The translations under genes were made by a program, and so were the position numbers. Source: an uncultured virus (IMG/VR IMGVR_UViG_3300025483_001155) (taxonomy: Duplodnaviria > Heunggongvirae > Uroviricota > Caudoviricetes). From it: a stretch of DNA of 64,000 nt. Below, piece by piece: positions 1 to 9,634 of the stretch. Under the pieces are notes generated by a model. It made no database searches. It was not told where the DNA came from and saw only the letters and a list, made by a program, of their open reading frames with translations. The stretch lies in the IMG/VR virus record IMGVR_UViG_3300025483_001155; one strand, 5' to 3'. Every line of letters begins with the position of its first letter. Position 1 is the stretch's first letter.

Positions 1-603
1 TATTACTAAATTTAGTTTATTGTTAGGAACATGTTTTTTAATCTCTTGTATATAATGAAGTGTTTTAGGGTTATATGTTGGCTCGCCTCCTGAAAAGAAA
101 AACCAATAATAGTCATGTACATATTCTTTTTGTTTAAGATATTCAAATAATGTATACTCTACTGTATTACTCCAGTCTTCGTCAACACTGTTTGTATCTT
201 CGCCTAACTCTTTTGCCCAACTTGTACTATCTTTAGATCCACAGTATATACATTTTAAATCACATGCACTGCTTAACACAAACTCAAAAGTATGTAAGTT
301 GTCAGATTTGTATAATTCAAGCTTCTGTTCATCGGTAAATGTATCTTTCCATTTATTCCAAGTTCTAAATAAGCTATATGGTTCTGTCTTTATACAACTA
401 TTACATGCATTTTTTGGAAGTTTATTAAGAAATAGCATATCTGCTTTTTTAGCAAGATACCCCGGAGTTTCTATTAATCCATATTTTTTAATATCATGTA
501 GACTTGTAGATTCATCTTCAGTTTTACAACAGTTTTTTATCGAACTGTACGGAAAACGAATATTTATATCAGTAAACATTTTGCTGCATATATTCTGTGT
601 CAT
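1..603 (-). CDS. Radical SAM protein with N-terminal Cys-rich (SPASM/twitch-like) region, runs off the window edge
   Basis: Manual translation from ATG at 603: MTQNICSKMF...KNCC...CNSC...SSACDLKCIYCGSKDSTSW...FSGGEPTYN; CxxxCxxC and GGEP motifs; not in ORF track. Confidence 0.8.
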   Translation of the reverse strand, partial: MTQNICSKMFTDINIRFPYSSIKNCCKTEDESTSLHDIKKYGLIETPGYLAKKADMLFLNKLPKNACNSCIKTEPYSLFRTWNKWKDTFTDEQKLELYKSDNLHTFEFVLSSACDLKCIYCGSKDSTSWAKELGEDTNSVDEDWSNTVEYTLFEYLKQKEYVHDYYWFFFSGGEPTYNPKTLHYIQEIKKHVPNNKLNLVI

Positions 604-738
604 TTAATAAAATTCCAAATGTTAGATGGTTTCATTACCATTTCCTTTATCAAAGTCGTATACTAGTTTTTCCAAAAATCGTCTTCTAACATTTCATCGT
701 TTTTTGCTTTAACAATATCGCTGAAATTAATAATGTTA

Positions 739-915
739 TCAGTCATTGTATTCTACCACCTTAGTATTTTTTTGTTTCCATATAGATGCGAATTGTTTAG
801 CATCTTTTGCATTATCAAATGTCTTAACTATCAATTCCCAACAGTTATTACTATTATCCTCAGTTATATAGATCCAATCATCTTCCGCTAACTCTAATTT
901 AACTGCATATTTCAT
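739..915 (-). CDS. Small hypothetical protein (58 aa)
   Basis: Manual translation MKYAVKLELAEDDWIYITED...; ATGA overlap with stop of 912..1103. Confidence 0.55.
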   Translation of the reverse strand: MKYAVKLELAEDDWIYITEDNSNNCWELIVKTFDNAKDAKQFASIWKQKNTKVVEYND

Positions 916-1103
916 CGTTTATTCTTTGTTTCTTGATTAATTCTAAAGGCAGTATAACTAGTATTCCATAGATTTAGTATAAAGTATATACCCAATCCGC
1001 CTACCGCTGACATAAGAATATTCCCAGTAAGTAATAGTCTAATGTTCATAAAAATAAAATCAGCAGCAAGAAATGCTACTGGATAATCATACCATCTAAT
1101 CAT
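912..1103 (-). CDS. Small membrane protein
   Basis: 63 aa with two hydrophobic segments. Confidence 0.55.
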   Translation of the reverse strand: MIRWYDYPVAFLAADFIFMNIRLLLTGNILMSAVGGLGIYFILNLWNTSYTAFRINQETKNKR

Positions 1104-1263
1104 CTAAACTTCCTATCTATCCATTTCTTTCCGACATATAATATCGCAATTACAAAGACAATAACACCAAGTAAAATGCTTTCTAATATTATGTCACCCT
1201 GGCTACTATCTATTTCAATGCCGTCAGTTGTCACTGCTATTCTACAATCTTCGCACGTATTAT

Positions 1264-1656
1264 TCATCGGCGCATACTTGCAATATCTTTGGCATCTTCT
1301 TTTTTGTCTGCAAAGATAGGAACCATATTTGATTTGTGCATAGTAGCAATACCAAGCAACTGCCGTTCGCCACTATAGGTATGTGATTCTTTTGCAGGAC
1401 CGTGTGATGCAATCTCATTACTTAGTTTAATATTTGGTTTATTTGTTGTATAATCGGGAATATGATTTACATGCTTGCGCTTACCATACCTGTCATACAA
1501 TTTGCCTTCAAGTTGTTCCTTACTCACTCCCATTTTGCGCATAAACTTTTCGTGTTCTGCTTCTGCTTTCAATTGCGTTACAGTCTTCTTACGATTAGAT
1601 TTTTTGCTATTGTATTTTGTTGTGGTCATATAGGGACCAACTAAGTGCATAGACAT
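1264..1656 (-). CDS. Conserved phage hypothetical protein
   Basis: AGGAG SD; C-terminal LLGIATMHKSNMVPIF motif typical of T4-like phage hypotheticals. Confidence 0.7.
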   Translation of the reverse strand: MSMHLVGPYMTTTKYNSKKSNRKKTVTQLKAEAEHEKFMRKMGVSKEQLEGKLYDRYGKRKHVNHIPDYTTNKPNIKLSNEIASHGPAKESHTYSGERQLLGIATMHKSNMVPIFADKKEDAKDIASMRR

Positions 1657-1821
1657 TTTACGCTCCTAAGTAAATTTGATTATTGCCAATAATATAGCAT
1701 AACTAATTTTGATTGTCAATAGTTAATTTTTAAATAAGAGCAGTTAACTCAAATTAACTACTACTAAATACAATTGAGAGAATAATAATGAGAGAAACTA
1801 GTTAATTACTAGGAGAGGGTA

Positions 1822-2286
1822 ATGATTGATCCAGTAACTGCCATTGGTTTGGCAACTACTGCCTTTAATGGTATTAAAAAAGCCATTGAAACGGGTAAAG
1901 AAATATCTGATATGGGCACACAACTTGGGCAATGGGCCAAGGCCAAGTCAGACTTGGATTTTGCACACCAAAAAGCAAAAAATCCACCACTGTTTAAAAA
2001 AGTGTTTGCTTCTAATATCGAGCAAGATGCTTTGGAAGCATGGGCGCATAAAAAGAAGGCAGAGGAAATGCGTGAGGAATTACGGCAGTATATTTCTCTG
2101 TATTACGGGCCATCTGCTTGGGATGAAATAGTAACTATAGAATCTAAAATGCGCAAACAACGTAAAGAAATGGTTTATGCTGCTGAAGAACGTAAAGAAA
2201 TGATTTTTGCTTGGATCATAGGTGGTGGTATTTTTATATTCGCTGCTATTATTTTTGCTATCGGTGTATCATACTTTACTGGATGA
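1822..2286 (+). CDS. Hypothetical protein with C-terminal TM helix
   Basis: AGGAGAGG SD; MIDPVTAIGLATTAF start; hydrophobic C-terminus. Confidence 0.75.
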   Translation: MIDPVTAIGLATTAFNGIKKAIETGKEISDMGTQLGQWAKAKSDLDFAHQKAKNPPLFKKVFASNIEQDALEAWAHKKKAEEMREELRQYISLYYGPSAWDEIVTIESKMRKQRKEMVYAAEERKEMIFAWIIGGGIFIFAAIIFAIGVSYFTG

Positions 2287-2288
2287 AC

Positions 2289-2681
2289 TCAATTACAAAG
2301 TCCCGCTACCATTTGATAATGATTCCATGCTTGTTTGACTGATGGTAAGTTTTCTAAATCACTTACTGGTACTGCACAATCTAACCAAACATACGGGACT
2401 ATTGGGAAACTATCTATTGATCCCGAAGCACGTGGCATGTGCAACTTACCTAAATCATCTAATGTTATAACTAATTTTCTAAATTCATTTGATAATTTAT
2501 CATATTGACTGCTTGAACCTTCAACCCCATCCAAGAAGGATTTCCAAGCACGATCCCATTCACTTGTCTTTCTAGGATCAAATCTATATATTCTAACCAT
2601 AATAACTAATACTTCATTTGGGGTTACACGGCCTTCATATAAGTCAATTAGACATTTACTAAAATTCATCCCTATTTTCAT
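2289..2681 (-). CDS. Hypothetical protein, paralog of 2678..3085
   Basis: Shared N- and C-terminal motifs with neighbour. Confidence 0.7.
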   Translation of the reverse strand: MKIGMNFSKCLIDLYEGRVTPNEVLVIMVRIYRFDPRKTSEWDRAWKSFLDGVEGSSSQYDKLSNEFRKLVITLDDLGKLHMPRASGSIDSFPIVPYVWLDCAVPVSDLENLPSVKQAWNHYQMVAGLCN

Positions 2682-3085
2682 TTACATAATCCTGCTAGTA
2701 ACCTGTAATGATCCCAAGCCAGTTTAACTGCGGGTTCCATATCTTCTTCTCTTAAATTTATACGGTACCAATGAGATTTTGATGCCATAGTCTGAATTTC
2801 TATCGCTCTACTGGGATTAATTTTATCTCTTGTAACAATAGTTCCATTATCTTTTAACTCAATAATTAAATCATATACTGTATCATAATCAAATAGATAC
2901 AACAAATTTTTACCCTGGCTCCAGTGTATTGTCATTGGATCTAACTGATTATCCCACCAGTTGTCAACTGTATTAGTATCTAAGAAATTAATATTATTAA
3001 CTATGATAGAATATACGTCAGTAATATCTACTTTTTCAGAAAGTAAATCGCTCAAACAAAATTCAAGATTCGTACCTAACATCAT
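2678..3085 (-). CDS. Hypothetical protein, paralog of 2289..2681
   Basis: PAVKLAWDHYRLLAGLCK vs PSVKQAWNHYQMVAGLCN. Confidence 0.7.
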   Translation of the reverse strand: MMLGTNLEFCLSDLLSEKVDITDVYSIIVNNINFLDTNTVDNWWDNQLDPMTIHWSQGKNLLYLFDYDTVYDLIIELKDNGTIVTRDKINPSRAIEIQTMASKSHWYRINLREEDMEPAVKLAWDHYRLLAGLCK

Positions 3086-3618
3086 CGTGTCAATTGTAAC
3101 TCACTATAAACTTCTTGGATACACATACTTTGTACTCTACAATCTTCTAATGCATTATGTGCTGCAAATTTAAATTTTTTACGAGGGTCCTCAGGCATCA
3201 AACCAAATAAGGTTCTACTATCTCTTATATTCCAGAACACCCAATTAAAGTGTTTATCATATTGCCTATATAAGTTTTCTAATATACATATATCAAAGAC
3301 AGGGCCCTGACACCAAATCTTATCAGCCCCAACTAACCACTTATTCAAGTCTTTTAGTGTTGTTTCAACACTTGTACGATTGTGTTCTCCCAATGCCTCT
3401 TCGACAATTTCATCTGGCTGAGTGCCCCACCATTTTAAAGTATCATCTTCAATATCTCTACCTTTAGAACTTTGGTCATCTATTTCTAATCTGTAATAAA
3501 ACTCACTATGGGGATCTTCTTTTGTAAATGGATTAAATTTAATCCCACCGATAGTTAATACAACTGCATCTGGCTTTGTACTTAATGTTTCAATATCAAT
3601 CGTTGCGTGGGTCGTCAT
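3082..3618 (-). CDS. DEDDh 3'-5' exonuclease (Rv2179c/DexA-like)
   Basis: IDIETL, FDICIL and HNALEDC motifs. Confidence 0.85.
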   Translation of the reverse strand: MTTHATIDIETLSTKPDAVVLTIGGIKFNPFTKEDPHSEFYYRLEIDDQSSKGRDIEDDTLKWWGTQPDEIVEEALGEHNRTSVETTLKDLNKWLVGADKIWCQGPVFDICILENLYRQYDKHFNWVFWNIRDSRTLFGLMPEDPRKKFKFAAHNALEDCRVQSMCIQEVYSELQLTR

Positions 3619-4348
3619 CTTGGCCTCTTAACATGTTGTTCGTTTCAATTACTTGTCTAAGAATATCACTATTTGTATAATCAAGAAACGCTTCTGTATC
3701 TTTTGGGAAACAATGACCGCCAAATCCCAAGCCACCTTCACTATTTGGTGCACTCATATGTGATGGTCCAATGTTTTCGAATTTACTAAGGATATTTACC
3801 ATACTTGTGTGGTCATATACATCAGCTAAGTTACTATACATTTCGTGGAAGAATGCAACTTTTAAAGCAAGCCAATTATTGTGAACATATTTCACCATAC
3901 TAGCAGTTGTTCTATCAGTATAAATGAATTCAACATTGCGAAGATAATTGAAAACTTGCTCCCATTTATAGCATTCCATTTGCTGTCCGCCAAGAATAAA
4001 ATGTGTTTGATTATTGAAGTCTTCTAGTGCAAAACTTGCTCTCATAAATTCTGGATTGTATGTTACATTCTTGCCATATGCTTCTAACATTGTTGGTATC
4101 ACAGTAGACTTCAGAAGTACAGAGAGGTCCCCTAATTGCTCTAATACTGAACGTATTATACTGTCATCGCATTTACCGTCAACAGTGGGTGTTGGCAAAC
4201 ATACAATTGCACCTCTGGCTTGATCTACATAATCTTCTATTTTATTTGTATTATACTTGGGATCAATTCGTACAATTTCTTGTCCAGAATCTTCTAAGCT
4301 CCGTGCCACCGCGTTTCCTACAAAACCACAGCCTATAACTAATATCAT
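3596..4348 (-). CDS. UDP-glucose/GDP-mannose 6-dehydrogenase-like protein (short form)
   Basis: GCGFVG Rossmann motif, CLPTP, KSTV, NPEF, GFGGHCFPKD. Confidence 0.85.
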   Translation of the reverse strand: MILVIGCGFVGNAVARSLEDSGQEIVRIDPKYNTNKIEDYVDQARGAIVCLPTPTVDGKCDDSIIRSVLEQLGDLSVLLKSTVIPTMLEAYGKNVTYNPEFMRASFALEDFNNQTHFILGGQQMECYKWEQVFNYLRNVEFIYTDRTTASMVKYVHNNWLALKVAFFHEMYSNLADVYDHTSMVNILSKFENIGPSHMSAPNSEGGLGFGGHCFPKDTEAFLDYTNSDILRQVIETNNMLRGQDDDPRND

Positions 4349-4458
4349 TTATCATCCTCTTCTAGTTCATTTTTTCTTTCCACTTAGATATTGTATACTA
4401 TTATCTTTTTTGCCAAGTATCTTTGTTATCAAGCGGTTTAATAGTGCCTCTAAACGTT

Positions 4459-4749
4459 TCATTTTTTTAGATCCTTATCTGCTTTCAACTCTTGTAACGT
4501 TTTCTTTTCTCGGATAGCATTCTGCAAGTCAAGTACTTGTTCATTCTCTATCATCTTAATGATAGTATTTGTTGTCCCAATCTCTTGCTGAACCATGCCC
4601 AACTTGAACATTAATTTTTCTAATTCTAACTGATAAAATTCAAGTTCTTTTTCTTTTAGAGCACGTTTTTCATAAATGTCTGCTAAATTAATAATTAATT
4701 TTGGTGTGGGTATTTCTATTTCTGTTTCAAGTTGTATTATTTTCTTCAT
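4459..4749 (-). CDS. Hypothetical coiled-coil protein
   Basis: 96-aa ORF in operon, GAGG SD. Confidence 0.6.
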   Translation of the reverse strand: MKKIIQLETEIEIPTPKLIINLADIYEKRALKEKELEFYQLELEKLMFKLGMVQQEIGTTNTIIKMIENEQVLDLQNAIREKKTLQELKADKDLKK

Positions 4750-4780
4750 AATGAATTACTCCTATTACTATTAGTAATTA

Positions 4781-5011
4781 TCATTTTTTTAAAATAGCCC
4801 ACATCTCCTCAATTTTATGATTTTTAATATATTCATCTTCATTGGCATATGTGCTTGTTTGTTTTAATTTTTCTTCAACATACCATAGAATTTGATATAA
4901 TTCTTTTTTTGCATACCAACAATTATATCCATCCATAGCATGGTTACTTTCTTGAAATGCTATCTTATCTATTTCATTTTTAATAACCTGTAGATCCCAA
5001 TCTTTAATCAC
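4781..5011 (-). CDS. Hypothetical protein
   Basis: Overlaps DHFR stop, operonic. Confidence 0.6.
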   Translation of the reverse strand: MIKDWDLQVIKNEIDKIAFQESNHAMDGYNCWYAKKELYQILWYVEEKLKQTSTYANEDEYIKNHKIEEMWAILKK

Positions 5012-5490
5012 AGTCTAGACCACACATCAACATACACTCCATCGTTGCGGCCGCTTTCAGTCAATGTGAAATTCTCTTCAATTAATGTACTGGGTAAAAA
5101 TGTATCACAATTATATGTACCAGAAATTCTACTTAATCTAAATTCATCAATCAAGTCAATGCAATCTAATATTAACTTAGCACCGCCTATTACACATACA
5201 TCCTGTTCTGCACTTATTGTATATATTCTTGATTTATAAATATCTGGACGCACTACTTCAATTGAACTAGAATTATCAGGTATATTCATTTTACCAGATA
5301 CAATAATATTATGTCTCCCGGGTAGAGGTTTAATTGGTAAACTATCCCACGTATTTCTACCCATGACAATAGTTCTGTGTAATGTTGTCGCCTTAAACCA
5401 CTTCATATCAGACGGATTATGTGGCCACGGAAGTCTGCCATCTTTACCGATACCCCAAGATTCATCACATGCTAGTATTGCTTTAATCAA
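5008..5490 (-). CDS. folA: Dihydrofolate reductase
   Basis: GIGKDGRLPW, DMKWFK, VMGRNTWDSLP, PLPGRHNII, IGGA, CDTF. Confidence 0.95.
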   Translation of the reverse strand: MIKAILACDESWGIGKDGRLPWPHNPSDMKWFKATTLHRTIVMGRNTWDSLPIKPLPGRHNIIVSGKMNIPDNSSSIEVVRPDIYKSRIYTISAEQDVCVIGGAKLILDCIDLIDEFRLSRISGTYNCDTFLPSTLIEENFTLTESGRNDGVYVDVWSRL

Positions 5491-5729
5491 TGGTATGTTC
5501 TCCCTTTAATATTGTTAAATTGGTTCTGTCTTAAATCTGTTACCAATTTTAATACTGCATCAATCTGATTTGGTAATGAATCATTATCACCCAAATGATA
5601 TGGCAGTTGAATACATCTTATGTCACCATCAATATCAAATATAAATGCATAATCCGTATCATCTAATTTACTATCGTCTGTGGAGCGTGTAATTTTAAAT
5701 TCTTTTAAATCGGAATTGTTTTTACTCAT
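5487..5729 (-). CDS. Hypothetical protein
   Basis: Operonic 80-aa ORF. Confidence 0.55.
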   Translation of the reverse strand: MSKNNSDLKEFKITRSTDDSKLDDTDYAFIFDIDGDIRCIQLPYHLGDNDSLPNQIDAVLKLVTDLRQNQFNNIKGRTYH

Positions 5730-6003
5730 TAATTAAATTACTCCAGGCTTTTAATTTTTTTCTCTTAACTTCTATTCTATCACGTAAATCATTATCAGTC
5801 AATAGTCCATTTTCAATCAGTAATTCAATCATACAAAGAACATCACCAGTCTCTTCGATTAATTTTGATTTCCACTTATCATTGATCTCTTCTTTGTATC
5901 TATATTTGCGTAAGTGTTTCATACATACTTGTGTTAGTTCGCCACATTCTTCAGCAGTAATTGCCATTAGTTGTTGTAGTTCATTTATAGGATATTGTTT
6001 CAT
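5722..6003 (-). CDS. MazG-like nucleotide pyrophosphohydrolase
   Basis: EECGEL...EETGDV acidic motifs; likely start at ATG 6003. Confidence 0.8.
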   Translation of the reverse strand: MKQYPINELQQLMAITAEECGELTQVCMKHLRKYRYKEEINDKWKSKLIEETGDVLCMIELLIENGLLTDNDLRDRIEVKRKKLKAWSNLINE

Positions 6004-6157
6004 CCGAATATCGACATTATGATCATAATAAGCACAATCCAAGTAAGCCAATTAGTACTGCCACCAACGTGACCTTTGCGTTTTGCACATTCATAACAGT
6101 ATCTATATTTTGCATTTGTTTTATTTGAACATAAAAATGCAGCACATGTCTTTTTAC

Positions 6158-6592
6158 TCATTTATAAGCCTTTCCAAATCCTTCTACATAAAGTCTGTCT
6201 TTCTCTACAAATCGCCATATATTAAAGTCGCCAAATTTGCCATACATTTTAGCACCAGGATCCCTACGTTCAAATGCAGATAATATATCATCTGATTTGT
6301 CGTTGTATAGTTCTAACTTACCGAATAGGGTAACACGTGCATTATTCATTTCTGTATTATGTCTATTTTCTCCAGCAAAATAAAGTGCAACATTTTCACT
6401 GATAGTTTTAATGTTTTTGGTATGTTGACTCAAATCACTTAGCAACAAATATATATTATCATCATCTAGCAGTACCGGTGTAACTTTAGAAATCTCAGGA
6501 AATTTTTTGCCTGTTGTTCCAATAGCGGCCTGTTGATAGTTCACCAGTAGGTTTATCACCTCGTTCTTAACTGTTTCAATATCGTGATACAT
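6158..6592 (-). CDS. Pyridoxamine 5'-phosphate oxidase-like / HugZ-like split-barrel protein
   Basis: LLSDLSQHTKNI, RVTLFG, FGDF, LYVEGFGKAY. Confidence 0.75.
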   Translation of the reverse strand: MYHDIETVKNEVINLLVNYQQAAIGTTGKKFPEISKVTPVLLDDDNIYLLLSDLSQHTKNIKTISENVALYFAGENRHNTEMNNARVTLFGKLELYNDKSDDILSAFERRDPGAKMYGKFGDFNIWRFVEKDRLYVEGFGKAYK

Positions 6593-6595
6593 CTT

Positions 6596-6982
6596 CTAAT
6601 CCCATAAGTTCTCAAAATATTTTCCAAATAGTATAAATCCGTTTGTCATACGTTCTTGGTGTGCTTTAGCTTCTTCACTATCCCAGCTGTAGTCGTAGTC
6701 ATCCATCCAATCATCTCGGCACTTTTGATGGAACGCCCAAATCATTTCGTCCATAATGTAATCCCACTCTTGTTCTGTAAGTTCACTAGGATGGCTGTGT
6801 TTATTTTCTTTCAACTGTACAAGCATAGGTAGAATAATAGGAGCAAGTGTATGATCCATACTCCATGTGTCCCAGGGATCAACTGTTACTTTTACACGTT
6901 GCTTGGGACTATAACCAAACCAGTTGTATAACCAGTTGTGATAGAACCTATGATTAGGATAATTTCCAATCTTAACTTTCAT
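6596..6982 (-). CDS. Conserved phage hypothetical protein
   Basis: DPWDTWSMDHTLAPIILPML...LFGKYFENLWD motif common in myophages. Confidence 0.75.
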   Translation of the reverse strand: MKVKIGNYPNHRFYHNWLYNWFGYSPKQRVKVTVDPWDTWSMDHTLAPIILPMLVQLKENKHSHPSELTEQEWDYIMDEMIWAFHQKCRDDWMDDYDYSWDSEEAKAHQERMTNGFILFGKYFENLWD

Positions 6983-7136
6983 TGTATTTTTCTTCCATTA
7001 CTAACACTAGTACCTACTGCTTTCTTACTGCCACAATTCTTACAATAACATATTTTTATGACAAATTGAAATTCATTATCTTTTATAACTTGTCTGGTGG
7101 TTGCTAACTCTAAATTCATACAGCAATGCATAATAC

Positions 7137-7358
7137 TCATTTTGTTATAAACATTCCTTCACTTTTATTTAACGCAAGTAAAAATTCACTGAACATTTTT
7201 TCATTTATACAAATAGTCCAATGTCTATTTTCAGATTCTACCCATTGAGAAAAATATATACCATCGCTTGCAAATCTAACGATAAAATCATCTACATTAT
7301 TATTTTCATCCATAATAGTTACTTTTGATAGGTCAAACTCATGTTCCACTGTAAACAT
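7137..7358 (-). CDS. Hypothetical protein
   Basis: Coupled to UvdE stop. Confidence 0.6.
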   Translation of the reverse strand: MFTVEHEFDLSKVTIMDENNNVDDFIVRFASDGIYFSQWVESENRHWTICINEKMFSEFLLALNKSEGMFITK

Positions 7359-8371
7359 TATCGTGTTGCCTCCTCAAATGGAATACTTGCTAGATTTTTT
7401 GCTTTTGCTTCCACCATAATATCAAATTCATCACGAAAACTACCAGCCCACTCATTGACCGCTGAATTCCACATGTAATCACTATGCGCTCTAAGTTTAC
7501 CTTTCTTGTGGCCAGTTTCAATTAGTTGTTGCAAATCTGGGCGCACATTGGGTTTATGTGCAACAAGATAATCCTCACGACTGCAACTGTAATGCATTGC
7601 AGGACGAACACCACGCCAACTGTCAATGACACGTTTTACACGATCATCATATACTTCAATATACTCGCCCTCACGGCACCAATGATGATGAATGTCCAAG
7701 ACAAGAGCAACATCATTTGCAAGTTCTAAGCTATCACTGATACCCCATTTGTTTTCATCGTTTTCAATGGTAATACAGTTCCTTGCTTCTTGTGAGAGTT
7801 GGGGTAAGATGGCTTTGATACCGGCTGGACCTTGCCTGCCGCTGATGTGGACATTGATTTTGAAATCCTGAAATTGCTTACCATAGCCCATGTACCGTGC
7901 GATATCTGCATGATATTCAAACTCCTCTACTGAACGCTGAACAATATCAGGGTTGTCACTTGCTAGGACACAAAACTGTCCTGGGTGCATTGACATTCTA
8001 ACATTATTTGCACGTGCTTTATCACCAATACTACTTAGCCTACCTGCAATCATATCAGTGATATAGTTTGTTTTTGTAAGATGCCCAAAGGTTGCTTCTG
8101 TATAAGCAGGCAACATATCGCTACCAATACGAAGCATACGCTGTGATAGAGGAAGAGTTGAAACATAATCAATTAAACGCTCAGTAGCATTCAGATTATG
8201 TTGAACAATATCATATACACGTTCCTGTGCTTCGTCTTGATGTTCCCGCATCCATCGTATAGTAGTACCACGATAATTCAACGGGCCCTCGATTTCTTTG
8301 AGCATCTTGGGCTTTAGTGTTCTATCATTATGCATGAATTTACACGCAAAGCCAACTCTTTTAATAGTCAT
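7358..8371 (-). CDS. uvdE: UV damage endonuclease (UvdE/UvsE)
   Basis: GFAC, SMHPGQF, IENDE, LDIHHH, HYS, RAHSDY, MVEAKAK. Confidence 0.93.
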   Translation of the reverse strand: MTIKRVGFACKFMHNDRTLKPKMLKEIEGPLNYRGTTIRWMREHQDEAQERVYDIVQHNLNATERLIDYVSTLPLSQRMLRIGSDMLPAYTEATFGHLTKTNYITDMIAGRLSSIGDKARANNVRMSMHPGQFCVLASDNPDIVQRSVEEFEYHADIARYMGYGKQFQDFKINVHISGRQGPAGIKAILPQLSQEARNCITIENDENKWGISDSLELANDVALVLDIHHHWCREGEYIEVYDDRVKRVIDSWRGVRPAMHYSCSREDYLVAHKPNVRPDLQQLIETGHKKGKLRAHSDYMWNSAVNEWAGSFRDEFDIMVEAKAKNLASIPFEEATR

Positions 8372-8631
8372 AGTGAAGCCTTTTCATCTGAATGTATAAA
8401 ACGAATCATAGCTTCAACATACATCATTTCTGACGGAACTACAACCGTTTTATTTACAGGAGGGTTGAACCAATGGGTATGGTAAGATTGAAATCTTTCA
8501 TTACGCTTTAATCCTTTTAAAACTTTACCACGAATAGTCCATTTTCGCTTTCCACACTCTTGATTTAATAGTTTTACAATGCCGTAAAATTGTTCTCGAC
8601 TTGTAAAACCAAATTCAAATTCATATGTCAT
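8368..8631 (-). CDS. Hypothetical protein
   Basis: 87-aa ORF with AAGGT SD. Confidence 0.6.
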   Translation of the reverse strand: MTYEFEFGFTSREQFYGIVKLLNQECGKRKWTIRGKVLKGLKRNERFQSYHTHWFNPPVNKTVVVPSEMMYVEAMIRFIHSDEKASL

Positions 8632-8666
8632 ACTACACCTTTACGTTCTATATAAATATTATATAT

Positions 8667-8675
8667 GATAAATAC
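8667..8675 (+). promoter_or_regulatory. T4-like late promoter (GATAAATAC)
   Basis: GATAAATAC upstream of the + strand operon 8711-11223; TATAAATA also at 8651-8658. Confidence 0.65.
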
Positions 8676-8710
8676 TTTAAAGTCAAGAAAAATCTTAAAG
8701 GAATTTTAAA

Positions 8711-9634
8711 ATGTCAAATATGAAAATTTGGAAGAATATTGTGCAATCTGCTGGTATTAAAGAATCTGATGCAGAGGACGCAAATTACACAGACCACGAA
8801 GTGTCAATGGCTAAGTCACAACTACTAAGTGCGGTAAAAAGTTCAACACGTATTGCAAAGCAATTACAAGGCAAATCAGAAGATGAAGGTCTTGAAGGTT
8901 GGGTAGCGTCTAAACTAACAATGGCAGAAGATTATCTACAATCTGTTGCAGACCATATGGATGGACAAGAGATCACTGAAGGTTATAAAGTTATGCCTCC
9001 AATGAATCCTAAGTATGTAGCACGTGACGGGCTTGAAGGTCCATTCACAACACTAAGTGGAAAAGTTGTTTATTACGATCCAAAAGAAGGCAAGTACTAT
9101 GATCCAGATACTGACATTTATCTATCATATGACGAATTCCAAAACTATGACAAAGACTATTCTGACATGAAAGATGAACGGGATGAAGTTAAAGAAGCAG
9201 ACGAAACAAAATACGGTATCATTTATTATCCAGATACAGCAATCTCTTATATCAAGAATGATGGCAACGGTTGGGTACACATCTTTGATAAGTCATACGG
9301 CTTTGAAGGTCCTGTAGATAAAGCAGACTTAAAATATGCTAAAAAGATTGCAAAAGAAAAAATCCCATCACGTATGTTTGAAGCAACTGACACATGCGAG
9401 TGCGGATGTGATTGCGGCAAAGATGTATGCGAGTCATGCGGCAAGAAACATATTGTAAAAGAGTCAAAAGAAATGATGACAGAAGCACAGTTTGATGAAG
9501 CGGCAGGTGAAAAAGATGCTTGCTATCGTAAAGTAAAATCACGTTACAAAGTATGGCCTTCAGCGTATGCATCGGGCGCATTAGTTAAGTGTCGCAAAGT
9601 TGGTGCCGCCAATTGGGGAAATTCAAAGAAATGA
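8711..9634 (+). CDS. Multi-module phage protein, probable internal head protein
   Basis: Modules DHEVSMAKSQL..EGWVASKLTMAEDYL and KDACYRKVKSRYKVWPSAYASGALVKCRK separated by Glu-containing linkers. Confidence 0.7.
   Translation: MSNMKIWKNIVQSAGIKESDAEDANYTDHEVSMAKSQLLSAVKSSTRIAKQLQGKSEDEGLEGWVASKLTMAEDYLQSVADHMDGQEITEGYKVMPPMNPKYVARDGLEGPFTTLSGKVVYYDPKEGKYYDPDTDIYLSYDEFQNYDKDYSDMKDERDEVKEADETKYGIIYYPDTAISYIKNDGNGWVHIFDKSYGFEGPVDKADLKYAKKIAKEKIPSRMFEATDTCECGCDCGKDVCESCGKKHIVKESKEMMTEAQFDEAAGEKDACYRKVKSRYKVWPSAYASGALVKCRKVGAANWGNSKK

Noticed and set aside
600..746. TAG read-through or stop-codon recoding in a short ORF
   Set aside because: Long genes are intact in code 11 and several (clpP, tmRNA tag) end normally at TAG; single ambiguous case
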